Source: Candidatus Brocadiia bacterium (lineage in GTDB: Bacteria > Planctomycetota > Brocadiia > CAIUPP01). Taken from it: a DNA stretch of 64,000 nucleotides. Under the pieces are notes generated by a model. The model was not told where the DNA came from. It saw nothing but the letters and a program-made list of their open reading frames with translations, and ran no database searches. The first letter of the stretch is position 1. Every line of letters begins with the position of its first letter. This document shows, in pieces, positions 36,208 through 47,550 of the stretch. Position numbers and translations under genes: made by a program. The stretch spans positions 1-64,000 of the forward strand of contig JBEKCB010000018.1 of the NCBI GenBank assembly GCA_050015075.1, in the 5' to 3' direction.

Positions 36208-36354
36208 TTTGCTCCCCTCCGAACGCGCGCGACCAAGCGAATCGGAATCAGCCTACCAGAAACGCCGCCGCCTTCGCAACGCAGAACAGCGCGCAATTTC
36301 CCACTCTCCGCGGCGCCGGGCGCAGCGCTGTAAACCGTGCAAGGCTGGCTGACC

Positions 36355-37704
36355 TCAGCGCGGATTCCGCTTCGGCCCGCCGACGAGGAACAGGTACAAG
36401 TCCATGACGTTCGTGCCGGTCGGCCCGGTCATCAGCAGGTCGCCGAGCGGCTGGAAGAAATGGTACGAGTCGTTGCGGGCCAGGAAATCCGCCGCGCTGA
36501 GGCCGAGTCCAGCGGCGCGGTCGCACGTCGCGCCGTCGGCCAGGGCGCCGGCCGCGTCGGTCGGGCCGTCGGTCCCGTCGGTGCCGCCGGCGAGGATGGC
36601 CACGCCTTCCAGCCCGCGCGCGGCGAGGGCGGCGGCGAGCGCGAACTCCTGGTTTCGGCCGCCGAGCCCGCTCCCGCGGAGCGTGACGGTGGTCTCGCCG
36701 CCGGCGATCAGGCAGGCCGGCGGCGCGACGGGCCGGCCGCTCGCCAGCGACTCGCGCGCGATGGCCACGCACACGCGCGCCACTTCGCGGGCCTCGCCCT
36801 CGATCGTGGACGAGAGCACCAGCGGGCGATAGCCGAGTTCGCGGGCCTTCCGGGCGCAGGCGGCGACGGAGGCGGCGTTGTTCGCGATGAGCAGGTTGCG
36901 GACCTTCGCGAAGATCGGGTCGCCGGGCTTCGGCGTCTCGGGTTTCGCACCGGCCGCGCCGGCGCGCAGATGCTCCAGCACGCCTCGCGGCGCGCGGGAC
37001 TCGATGCCGTACTTGCTCAACACGGCCAGCGCGTCGGCGAAGGTGGTGCTGTCCGGCGCCGACGGCCCCGACGCGATGGCGTCGAGCGGGTCGCCGACGA
37101 CGTCGGAGAGGATCAGCGCGACGACCTCGGCCGGCTGCGCCGCTTGCGCGAATCGCCCGCCCTTCAACTGCGACAGATGCTTGCGCACGGTGTTGATTTC
37201 GCGGATGTCCGCGCCGCACGCCAGGAGCGCCTGCGTGACCGCCTGCTTGTCCGCCAGCGACACGCCTTCAACCGGCAGCGGCATCAGCGCCGAGCCGCCG
37301 CCGCTCAGGCACAGCAGCACCAGGTCGCCTGCGCCGGCCGATTCGAGGATCTTGACGATCTCGCGCGCGCCGCCCAGTCCGGCTTCGTCCGGCACCGGAT
37401 GCCCGGCCTCATGGACATGAATCCGCCGCAGCGGTTTCTCCGCGGCGGCCGACTTGACGTTGATCCAGCCGCCGGCGATTCGGTCGCCGAGGATTTCCTC
37501 CAGCGCGCCGGCCATCCGCGCCGACGCCTTGCCCGCGCCGACGACAAAAATATTCCGCACCTTCGTCAGGTCCCAGGAGTAATCGCCGAGCCGCAGCTTC
37601 CGCCCGCGCCGGACCACGTGGCGCCGGACCGCGTCAACCGGGTCGGCCGCCGCGAGCCCGGCCTTGAAGATTGCGAGGATATCCCTGCGCGCGCGCTTGT
37701 CCAT
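36355..37704 (-). CDS. Glycerate 2-kinase (MOFRL family)
   Basis: GAGKAS, SGGGSAL, RKHLS..KGG, GGRNQE and TGTNVMD. Confidence 0.92.
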   Translation of the reverse strand: MDKRARRDILAIFKAGLAAADPVDAVRRHVVRRGRKLRLGDYSWDLTKVRNIFVVGAGKASARMAGALEEILGDRIAGGWINVKSAAAEKPLRRIHVHEAGHPVPDEAGLGGAREIVKILESAGAGDLVLLCLSGGGSALMPLPVEGVSLADKQAVTQALLACGADIREINTVRKHLSQLKGGRFAQAAQPAEVVALILSDVVGDPLDAIASGPSAPDSTTFADALAVLSKYGIESRAPRGVLEHLRAGAAGAKPETPKPGDPIFAKVRNLLIANNAASVAACARKARELGYRPLVLSSTIEGEAREVARVCVAIARESLASGRPVAPPACLIAGGETTVTLRGSGLGGRNQEFALAAALAARGLEGVAILAGGTDGTDGPTDAAGALADGATCDRAAGLGLSAADFLARNDSYHFFQPLGDLLMTGPTGTNVMDLYLFLVGGPKRNPR

Positions 37705-37839
37705 TGCCCGCCTCTCTCCATTTCGCCCAGGATTATAGGTGCACCGCGTCCGGCCGGTCAAACGATGGACAAGACGGAAACGACGTGTTACGATCCGTCA
37801 TCGTGATCATGATTGAGGCCGCACATGAGGAGGAACGCC

Positions 37840-39501
<1,662 letters not shown>

Positions 39502-39624
39502 TGAATGATGAGCGGCGGGGAAAGCGGCGCTGGTCCGGCGCGGCACAGACGGCGTCAAATATGGTATGATGCGATCGGGAGGAGTTTCAGAGAACCTCCT
39601 CGCGGCGAGGCGAAAGGATCGAGA

Positions 39625-40005
39625 ATGGGCCTGACCAATGTGACGGCCGAGGTGGCGAATCCGTTTGACTTGAAGCGGAAAAAGATGCTGACCTTTCTTG
39701 TGGATTCCGGGGCGGTCTACTCGGTGATCCCGTCTGCGCAACTCAAGGCGCTGGGCATTGCCAGCACCGGCCAGCGGACGTTCTTTCTCGCCAACGGGCA
39801 GCCTGTCAAGCGCCGCACGGGAGAAGCGCGCATCAAACTGAACGCGGACTCGGCCACCTGCGTGGTGCTCTTCGGCGAGAAAGGCGACAGCACTCTTCTC
39901 GGTGTGACCACGCTGGAGAACCTCGGGTTGATATTCGATCCCATCCGCCAGAAACTCATGTCTCTGCCGATGCTCATAGCCGATGTGCGGAGATACTTCC
40001 GCTGA
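39625..40005 (+). CDS. Clan AA aspartic protease-like protein
   Basis: FLVDSGA and LLG..TLE..GL..DP. Confidence 0.85.
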   Translation: MGLTNVTAEVANPFDLKRKKMLTFLVDSGAVYSVIPSAQLKALGIASTGQRTFFLANGQPVKRRTGEARIKLNADSATCVVLFGEKGDSTLLGVTTLENLGLIFDPIRQKLMSLPMLIADVRRYFR

Positions 40006-40054
40006 CGGCCAGGAAGCGGTGAAGCTTCTTTGTCCCTCGTCATGCCTGAAACAC

Positions 40055-40630
40055 ATGAAAAACCGATGCGAATGGGGCGTCAGCGATCCGCTGTATGTGA
40101 AGTACCACGACCGCGAATGGGGAACGCCTCTGCATGACGATCACGGGCTTTTCGAGTTCCTGGTTCTGGAGGGCGCGCAAGCGGGGCTGAGCTGGCTGAC
40201 CATCCTCCGGAAACGCGACAACTATCGCAAGGCGTTCGACCGGTTCGATCCGCAGAAGGTCGCGCGCTATTCGGCGGCGGATGTCCGGCGCCTTCGTGCC
40301 GACCCCGGCATTGTGCGCAATCGCCTGAAGATCGAATCGGCCATTCGAAACGCGCGGTGCGCGCTCGCCGCCGCTGACGAGTTCGGCTCCTTCGACTCCT
40401 TCATCTGGCGCTACGTGGACCACCAGCCTCGGCAGAATGCCTGGCGCACGCTGGCCGAACTGCCGGCCAGAACCGCGCTCTCCGACAGGATGAGTAAAGA
40501 GTTGAAGAAGCGGGGATTCAGCTTCGCGGGCTCGACGATCTGCTACGCCTTCATGCAGGCGGTCGGGATGGTGAACGACCACGTCGTGGGCTGCTTCCGG
40601 CATGAGGAACTGAAGAAGATGGCCCGATAA
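40055..40630 (+). CDS. tag: DNA-3-methyladenine glycosylase I
   Basis: RC.W, YHD.EWG, LEGAQAGLSW, IVRNRLKI and NDH...C. Confidence 0.95.
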   Translation: MKNRCEWGVSDPLYVKYHDREWGTPLHDDHGLFEFLVLEGAQAGLSWLTILRKRDNYRKAFDRFDPQKVARYSAADVRRLRADPGIVRNRLKIESAIRNARCALAAADEFGSFDSFIWRYVDHQPRQNAWRTLAELPARTALSDRMSKELKKRGFSFAGSTICYAFMQAVGMVNDHVVGCFRHEELKKMAR

Positions 40631-40708
40631 GGCAAAACGAGCATTTCCCTTTCGTACAATTCCTGGCACAGCAACGATTAATGATTCGCCCGCACAGCTA
40701 GCGGATTA

Positions 40709-41521
40709 TTACGTCGAAGAAGGGTTAGTTTCGATTTCCGTCTCTACTATCGCATCGGGTATTCCAACCTTATCAATCCAATCACGAAGACGTGCGGCGT
40801 TCTCAGGCGTTAGCTCATTCCAGTCCTTGAGATGAACATGTAGGACGACAGACATAGCTACCGCGTGTTTCTGCTGAACGCACACATCACCTTTCACTTG
40901 TGTTGCGACTGCCGCCATCTGTTCAATGTTTGGAGTGGGAGTTTGCGCCGGTACTTCAACTTCATCGAGGTTCCCCTTTGTGAGCGTACCGGCGTCATCT
41001 GCCAACACTAGCCCGGTGTACAGGATGAAATCGATGAGTCGGTCCAAAGCGGATGAATCGCCCTCGGTCGCCCCCGCCTTGATTGCTAGTGATTTCTTCA
41101 TCTCGGACCTGGACAACGAAGGACGCAAAGCAAAGTTCTGAACTACGACCTGTCCATACCAGCACCGAGCTACGAGCCTACGAAGATAAGATTTCGCCTT
41201 CTCCTCATCCCACGCCGCTTCGCGAGCAAACCGAACAGCCTCTTGGCTGGGAACATAATACCCGTACTTGGGCGATACCAGAATCTGGGACTCCGACAAG
41301 AAATTGTTGTTGGCACTAACCGTAGACTGCCCCAAACCAGTAGCGCTTGCCACATCGCTGTACTTGACCGGAGACTCTCCGCCATTCGAGGCAACGACAT
41401 AACCCTTTATTACTCTGACAAGTACGTCCGCTCCAGAAAGGGGAAGCGCTTTCTCTGCTGTAAGCTTCGGCAGTTTTGTCTTTATTTGTTGCTCGACTTT
41501 TTGTTCCTCATCTTTACTCAT
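40709..41521 (-). CDS. Hypothetical protein, putative tandem winged-helix
   Basis: 270-aa ORF in low-GC islet; HTH-like 'YSDVASATGLGQSTVS'; ATGA overlap with the upstream ATPase. Confidence 0.75.
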   Translation of the reverse strand: MSKDEEQKVEQQIKTKLPKLTAEKALPLSGADVLVRVIKGYVVASNGGESPVKYSDVASATGLGQSTVSANNNFLSESQILVSPKYGYYVPSQEAVRFAREAAWDEEKAKSYLRRLVARCWYGQVVVQNFALRPSLSRSEMKKSLAIKAGATEGDSSALDRLIDFILYTGLVLADDAGTLTKGNLDEVEVPAQTPTPNIEQMAAVATQVKGDVCVQQKHAVAMSVVLHVHLKDWNELTPENAARLRDWIDKVGIPDAIVETEIETNPSST

Positions 41522-42882
41522 GACGCGCCTCCAATCTTTAGGGCCAAGGCATAAAGGTAAGGAATCTCAAACGAATCAGATTGATTGACCGCCTTCCTGT
41601 CTTTTACGGCCACAGCACCAATCCTGACAAGATCGGATATGACCAACTTGGCGTCTAGATCAGCCTTACCAAGAGCAGCAGATAGTTGCTTCCGGTTGAA
41701 AGTCCGCGAGTTGTGCCCGCTCAACTGTTTATATGTTTGGCTGTAGTTTGGAAAAACCTGAAGGAAATCGTTCAGCTTATCCGCAGCGGTAAGATCTATT
41801 GCCTGTCGAATTGCCTCAGCGGAAATCAAACACGTCGGCTTGTTTACACCCTGGCGGTTGAAAGTTAACTGCGATTTCTGAGCCTCGATGCAGAAATTTA
41901 CAAAATCGCGCGGAAGTGCATCGCCATTTCCGTCCTTGAAGCGTTCATACAGCACTTCAAACCCGCCCGCGTAAGGCTCTTCCCAATCGAAAACTTCATC
42001 GAGCCACTTTTGGGCAACGGGATAGATGATGTCGTCATTATGCTCTGGATGTAAGACAGCGAGACGGTGGGCGAGAAGAATCCCTATGTCCTCCTTAGTC
42101 CACTTCAAAGTCAATTTCAACGCGCTGAAATGGTCTTTGTTGACATAGCCGAGTTCGTCATAAATGTCAGACCGGAAAAACAGCTTAAACTTCAATCTCC
42201 TGAGTCGTATCAAGTCGCTGACAGCCGTCATTAGGCTGCTGAGGAGCTCGGCGATTTCATCTTCCTTACTGCCGTTCAGCCGGACCTCGTCCAGACTGTC
42301 GAGGCAAATCCACAAGTCTGCTCCTTGCTCATCCAACCATGAACTTGCCAGATGGATAACCTGATCGCATTCCGTCATCGCAAGGGGTATCTTCGGCGGT
42401 ATCTCTGTAGTCACATACTCACCGATCCCGACCTTGAACTTCAAAGTCCTCAACGACTGCCACGGCGTAGGAACTATCCCGACCAGTCCCCAACGCACTA
42501 AGAATCGCTCGAACGTCTTTCTTGTCGTCTCGGCCAGACGGTCTTCATTGATGAGAAGCCCCGCGATGAGTGACGCGATATGAAAACGCCATAACCCAAC
42601 CTTCGATGATGAAACAGCCGGATGCAAAGTGGCCCAGTGTTGTTGAAGTTGCGGCTCTTCACCGAGCCAAAGGTTCGGTTTCTTGAAAATCGGGATCTTG
42701 TCTTCCCACTCGCGCAACATTTGGTAAATGGCGCTTTTACCGGCGCCCTTTGCTCCGAGAACGAGGTAAATCCTATCGGAGCATGTCAAATCAAAAGCAA
42801 CCGACTTATAGAAATAGTGCTTCAGATTGGTATCATGCTGCGCAGCACCGAAGCCAAAATCAATCTTTTCGAGTGCGTTCAT
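41518..42882 (-). CDS. P-loop ATPase (Sll1717-like)
   Basis: Walker A GAKGAGKS, Walker B ICLDSLDE, 'FFRSDIYD' and 'PRD' motifs. Confidence 0.8.
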   Translation of the reverse strand: MNALEKIDFGFGAAQHDTNLKHYFYKSVAFDLTCSDRIYLVLGAKGAGKSAIYQMLREWEDKIPIFKKPNLWLGEEPQLQQHWATLHPAVSSSKVGLWRFHIASLIAGLLINEDRLAETTRKTFERFLVRWGLVGIVPTPWQSLRTLKFKVGIGEYVTTEIPPKIPLAMTECDQVIHLASSWLDEQGADLWICLDSLDEVRLNGSKEDEIAELLSSLMTAVSDLIRLRRLKFKLFFRSDIYDELGYVNKDHFSALKLTLKWTKEDIGILLAHRLAVLHPEHNDDIIYPVAQKWLDEVFDWEEPYAGGFEVLYERFKDGNGDALPRDFVNFCIEAQKSQLTFNRQGVNKPTCLISAEAIRQAIDLTAADKLNDFLQVFPNYSQTYKQLSGHNSRTFNRKQLSAALGKADLDAKLVISDLVRIGAVAVKDRKAVNQSDSFEIPYLYALALKIGGAS

Positions 42883-43094
42883 TGATGTTCAAGGCCATCC
42901 GCAGGGTAAACGCTTCTGACAAGACGTCCACGTAATACGTTGACCGTTCGCATCCGTTGCCTTGGAGTATACCAACGTGAGGCGTTTCGCGCCAGCACGC
43001 TGTGAGACCCTTTAGCCTCTCGTTTAACGGACCCGCCGACGCGAAGGAGCACAGCGCGAACGTGACGTGTCTTGGCGGACGGCCAATCGCTCAT
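42879..43094 (-). pseudogene. hicA: Truncated/chimeric HicA-family toxin
   Basis: MSDWPS.K...V...LLR.G..VKR...GSH..L.R matches a HicA N-half; similarity is lost after ~42985. Confidence 0.65.
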
Positions 43095-43291
43095 ACCGGC
43101 ATCGCGAAAAGTTCGTCCAGTTCCGGAATCGCTTCACCGTGCTCCAGGCGGTCAGCGATGACACGCAGAGCCAATGCCTCGGCTTTGCAAACCGCCTCTT
43201 TCCGGGTCTTGCCATACGCCATAACTCCCGGCAGATCCGGCACTTCGGCGATCCAGCGGCCATCCGTTTCGCGCTCGATTTCAATCTTCAT
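43091..43291 (-). CDS. hicB: HicB-family antitoxin (short, no obvious DNA-binding domain)
   Basis: E.E.DGRWIAEVPDLPGV.AYG.T..EA. Confidence 0.9.
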   Translation of the reverse strand: MKIEIERETDGRWIAEVPDLPGVMAYGKTRKEAVCKAEALALRVIADRLEHGEAIPELDELFAMPV

Positions 43292-43350
43292 CCAGGTAGC
43301 CTCCGTCGCATACGATATCACACGCCTCCGAACTGAGCAAGTTTTTCCCG

Positions 43351-45687
43351 TCACTCTTGCGTGTAAATCACAATCCGGTCATGGATGAGCAGCACGATGT
43401 CGGGCTTGCCGCCGGTGACGGCGCCGATGGCGAACTCGCGCGGTTCCGACGAGGCCGCCGGCGCCGGACCCATGCGGCCGCCGACGAACGCCTTGGCTTC
43501 GAAGACCGGCCAGGCGAGCACGCGCTCGATGCGCGGCTCTTCTTTCCGCCACGTCAGCAGTTCCATCAACTGCTTCGTCCCCTCGGTGACGATGATCTGC
43601 GGCCGGCCGTCGCCGCGGAGGTCGCCGACCTCGACGTTCTCCAGCCGCCCGTTGCGCACCGGCGATTCGTACGAGGCGATCGAGCGCAGCGCCACGCGCG
43701 GCAGGCCCGGGCGCAGGATGTGGAAATCGTCCTGCCCGGCCAGGATGACGGCCGGCTTGCCGCTTCCATCCAGGTCCGCGACGTGCAGCCGCTCGAGGTT
43801 GACCGCGCCGGTCTGGAGTTTGTCCGCGACTTCGTACACGCCGGTCTTGTTCGCCCGGAGCACGGTCAGGCAATGGTTCGCCGCGTCCGCGAGGAGGATG
43901 TCCGTGGTCGAACTTCCGTTGAGCCGGACAGCGGAGGCCGCGACGATCTGGCTGGTCGGCGCCACGCCGTTGAACTGCTCGACGATCTCGATCCGGTCCT
44001 TGTCGTCGAGCCGCAGCGCGCGCGCGAAGCTCTTCGCGGCGACGAGGATCGTCGGCTTGCCGTCACCCTTGAGGTCGGCGATCGAGACGGCCCGCCGCGT
44101 GACGCCCTGCACGAGCCCCTTGCCGTAATCCGGCCCGCGCGAGACGTCAACGAATTGCGCGTCGGCCGTCTGCTTGAAGATGCGCATCTCCTGGTACGGC
44201 GTGAAGAGCAGGATGTCCGGCCGGCCGTCCTGGTTCGCGTCGGCCACGAGCAGGCCGTCGGGATCGGTGCGCGCGTCCTCGATCGGGATGCGCAGGGACT
44301 CGACGAAGGTCGCGCCCGGCCCGATGGTCAGCACGCGAATGGACTTGTCGCGTGCCTGGGAGGAGACGTAGAGGATCTCGCGTTTGCCGTCGGCGAAGAG
44401 GTCGGCGACGCACATGCAGGTCGGCTTGCCGACGATCGGCAGCGACCGCGGGAAGGTCAGGCGGCCCTGCGCGTCGAGGCGCATCAGGCCCAGCATCGGT
44501 TCATCGGGGCTGAGGACGAGCACCGCCGGGGCGCCGTCCACTTCGAGCACGGCGACGTCCGTCACTCCCTGCAGGCACGGGAAGGCCGCCTGCCGGTCCC
44601 ACTGGCCGGACTGGTTCTGGCGGAAGAGTTCGATCTCGGCCGCGTCGGGGTCAGCGACGACGATGTCCATCCGTCTCGGATCGGTCAACGGGCCGAAAGC
44701 GAGCGGGTGCGCGCGCCGCGAGCCGGTCCCGCGCAGCGCGTAACGCTCGAACGGCCCGTCGAGGAGCACGCCCGGATCCGCCGGCTCCGTGCCGACCTTG
44801 TAAACCACCAGCCGGCCCTGTGACCGCTCAATCGCGACCAGTTCGGTGCAGCCGTCCTTGTCGAGGTCGCCGAGGGCTACGCTGCTCATCGGCGGCGCCT
44901 TGCAGCGCACTTCGGGGCCGAGCCGCCCTTCGGCGTTCTGGAACCGGAAGCAGAACGGCGCGGCCTCGTCGCTGCAGAAGTAGAGCAGGTCCTTCCGGCC
45001 GTTGCCGTCGAAATCGGCGATGGCGATGCCGACGGCGCCCTCGGGCAGGCCCGATTCCTTGATCGGCGCTTCGAGCTGGCCGGCGGCGTTCTGGTGGAAG
45101 AAGTAGGTGCCGTCCGTGCCGAGGAGGACCAGGTCGTTCCGGCCGCTCTTGCGCAGGTCGCCGATCGCCAGGGCGTTCATCTGCGTGGAGCCGTCGGCGA
45201 TGTCAAACGTCCGGCGCGGTCCCCATTGCCCGTTCTTGTCCTGGTAGACCACGACGAGTTCGCGCGGATCGCCGTAGTACGCCATGTCCGTCCGGCCGTC
45301 GCCGTTGAGGTCGCCAAGCTCCAGGCTGTAGACGTGCTTCTCGGTCAGATAGGGCCGGCTGTCGAACTGCGCGTCGTTGGGAACCTCGTTCGGCTCCGCG
45401 TCCGCCGGCTTCGCCGCCGGGGCCTTCGCAGCGCCGGCCGTTTTCGGGCGCTGCAGCAGGCACTCGATCCGCGCGCGCGCGTTGTTCACCACGACGATGT
45501 CGGTCAGCCCGTCGCCGTTGACGTCGGCGAGGCGCAGGTTGCTCGTGTCCCAGTCGAGCTTGTACATCTCCATACCGGAGAAGCCGAAAGATTCCGTCGC
45601 CGGCTTCGTTTCGCCGGACGCCGGCAATGAGAGCACGCCCAGGCATAACGCGGCGAAGACCAGACGAATCACCGGTGGATTTCGCAT
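43351..45687 (-). CDS. Exported FG-GAP/VCBS repeat protein
   Basis: Signal peptide; repeated D.NGDG..D motifs. Confidence 0.88.
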   Translation of the reverse strand: MRNPPVIRLVFAALCLGVLSLPASGETKPATESFGFSGMEMYKLDWDTSNLRLADVNGDGLTDIVVVNNARARIECLLQRPKTAGAAKAPAAKPADAEPNEVPNDAQFDSRPYLTEKHVYSLELGDLNGDGRTDMAYYGDPRELVVVYQDKNGQWGPRRTFDIADGSTQMNALAIGDLRKSGRNDLVLLGTDGTYFFHQNAAGQLEAPIKESGLPEGAVGIAIADFDGNGRKDLLYFCSDEAAPFCFRFQNAEGRLGPEVRCKAPPMSSVALGDLDKDGCTELVAIERSQGRLVVYKVGTEPADPGVLLDGPFERYALRGTGSRRAHPLAFGPLTDPRRMDIVVADPDAAEIELFRQNQSGQWDRQAAFPCLQGVTDVAVLEVDGAPAVLVLSPDEPMLGLMRLDAQGRLTFPRSLPIVGKPTCMCVADLFADGKREILYVSSQARDKSIRVLTIGPGATFVESLRIPIEDARTDPDGLLVADANQDGRPDILLFTPYQEMRIFKQTADAQFVDVSRGPDYGKGLVQGVTRRAVSIADLKGDGKPTILVAAKSFARALRLDDKDRIEIVEQFNGVAPTSQIVAASAVRLNGSSTTDILLADAANHCLTVLRANKTGVYEVADKLQTGAVNLERLHVADLDGSGKPAVILAGQDDFHILRPGLPRVALRSIASYESPVRNGRLENVEVGDLRGDGRPQIIVTEGTKQLMELLTWRKEEPRIERVLAWPVFEAKAFVGGRMGPAPAASSEPREFAIGAVTGGKPDIVLLIHDRIVIYTQE

Positions 45688-45723
45688 CGTTCCGCGCGCC
45701 TCCTCTATCACGAACTCAGGACG

Positions 45724-45752
45724 CCTGGATTCCCGCTTTCGCGGCAATGACG
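45724..45752. repeat. REP-like half element CTGGATTCCCGCTTTCGCGG(C)AATGAC
   Basis: Short imperfect hairpin of a widespread REP type. Confidence 0.6.
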
Positions 45753-45861
45753 TAAGGTGTTTTCAGCACAGTGTTTGCTGCAAATTGGATTCGTTTTTTC
45801 AAATCGCATTTTCAGCTTCATATCCTTGCCTGCCAATAACTTACGGCATCTCGAGGCTTGG

Positions 45862-45890
45862 ATTATACAATAAGTTTTCTGATATGTCAA
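45862..45890 (-). promoter_or_regulatory. Perfect sigma70 promoter for the FG-GAP gene
   Basis: TTGACA-17 nt-TATAAT. Confidence 0.8.
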
Positions 45891-46127
45891 GGGCCGCGCT
45901 GCTGTTTTAATGGTGCCATGCATACAGATTATAATCATAACAGATTATAGCTACGGTGCTTACGGCTTATCTCTCCGATAACAACGTTTCCGTTTTTCCG
46001 GTTTTCAGCCCTTCGGCCGTGAGAGGAGCCGAACGGGTCAGCGCCGAACGGCTGAAAACAACCGACCAAGCATATTGCAGTCTAGCGGTTTTGCAAGAGG
46101 CGTTCAATGGGTGGCGGCCATCAATCC

Positions 46128-47474
46128 TCAACCGCCGATCGTCGGCCGCAAATCGCCGGCCGGCGCTTGGCTGCCGGCGAGCGTGAGCGGCGTGGCGGAC
46201 TCGACGCGGACGCGGACGAGTTCGCCGGCGAGCGCCTCCGGACCCTCGAAGACGACGATCTGGTTGGTGCGCAGGCGGCCGGTCAGGCGCGAGGCGTCGC
46301 GGTGGCTGCGCCCTTCGACGAGGACTTCCACCTCCTGCCCGATGAACTTGCGGTTCTCCTCGAGCTGGACCGCTGACTGAATCTCCAGCAGCGCCAGGTT
46401 TCGGCGGCGCTTCTCTTCCCAGGGCACGTCGTCGGCGAGTTTCGCGGCGGCGGTGCCGGGGCGCGTTGAGTACTTGAAGACAAAGGAGTTCTGGAAGCGA
46501 AGGTCGCGGACGAGCGCGGCGGTCTCGTCGAATTCCGCCTCCGTCTCGCCGGGGAAGCCGACGATGAAGTCGCTGGCGATGGCGATGCCCGGCACGAGTT
46601 CGCGCGCGAGGGCGACGAGGTCGCGGTAACCGCGCGCGGTGTAGCTGCGGTTCATCGCGGCCAGGACGCGGTCGCTCCCGGACTGCGCAGGCATGTGCAG
46701 ATGCTCGCAGACCGCCGGCAGGTCGCGCACGGCCTCGAGGATTTCGCGCGACATGTCCTTCGGATGCGAGGTGACGAAACGCACTCGCGCCAGCCCGGCG
46801 ATCCGGTCCAGCCGCGCGAGCAGGTCCGCCAGCGCGTGCGCCGGCGGGTCGAACGACTTCCCATAGCTGTTGACGTTCTGGCCGAGCAGCGTGATCTCGC
46901 GGCAGCCGTCATCGGCGAGGCGATGCGCCTCGTCCACGACTTCGGTGATGGGCCGGCTGATTTCAGGCCCGCGCACGTACGGCACCACGCAGTAGGCGCA
47001 GTAGTTGTCGCAGCCGCGCATGATGCCGAGGAACGCGCGGCGGCGGTCCGGCCGGACCGAGATCTCGCGCGCCTCCGAGACCGCCGCGGCCTCGCTGCAC
47101 GCCAGCACGCGGTCCGCGCGGCGCGCCTCCTCGATCAGCTCGGCGATGCGCGGGAACTCGCGCGTGCCGCAGACGAGGTCCACGTGCGGCAGCCGCTCGA
47201 AGATTTTCTCGCCGTCCTTCTGAGCCATGCAGCCGAGGATGCCGATGATCAGGCGGGGCTTGCGGCGTTTCAGGCTCTTGAGCTTGCCGACGTTGCTGTA
47301 CACGCGCTCCTCGGCGTGCGCGCGCACCGAGCAGGTGTTGTAGAGCACCACGTCAGCCTCGTCGGGCGTGGCGGCCTCTTCGTAGCCGGCGCGCCGAAGC
47401 GCGGAGAGCGCCAGTTCGGCGTCCAGCTTGTTCATCTGGCAGCCGAAGGCGTGGATGAAGACTTTATGCGGCAC
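46128..47474 (-). CDS. miaB: tRNA methylthiotransferase MiaB
   Basis: FGCQMN, NTCSVR, GC...C.YC.VP, SDFIVGFPGETE and a TRAM domain. Confidence 0.95.
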   Translation of the reverse strand: MPHKVFIHAFGCQMNKLDAELALSALRRAGYEEAATPDEADVVLYNTCSVRAHAEERVYSNVGKLKSLKRRKPRLIIGILGCMAQKDGEKIFERLPHVDLVCGTREFPRIAELIEEARRADRVLACSEAAAVSEAREISVRPDRRRAFLGIMRGCDNYCAYCVVPYVRGPEISRPITEVVDEAHRLADDGCREITLLGQNVNSYGKSFDPPAHALADLLARLDRIAGLARVRFVTSHPKDMSREILEAVRDLPAVCEHLHMPAQSGSDRVLAAMNRSYTARGYRDLVALARELVPGIAIASDFIVGFPGETEAEFDETAALVRDLRFQNSFVFKYSTRPGTAAAKLADDVPWEEKRRRNLALLEIQSAVQLEENRKFIGQEVEVLVEGRSHRDASRLTGRLRTNQIVVFEGPEALAGELVRVRVESATPLTLAGSQAPAGDLRPTIGG

Positions 47475-47550
47475 TCTGCGGTCCTCAGTTCGATGGGAGG
47501 AATGGGGAATGCCGGGAGGTATGGACGAGCGGATTGCTCGTCTGCACTCC

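Noticed and set aside
40630-43350. Integron cassette, prophage or IS origin for the low-GC islet
   Set aside because: I found no attC-like site, integrase, transposase, terminal inverted repeats or flanking direct repeats.
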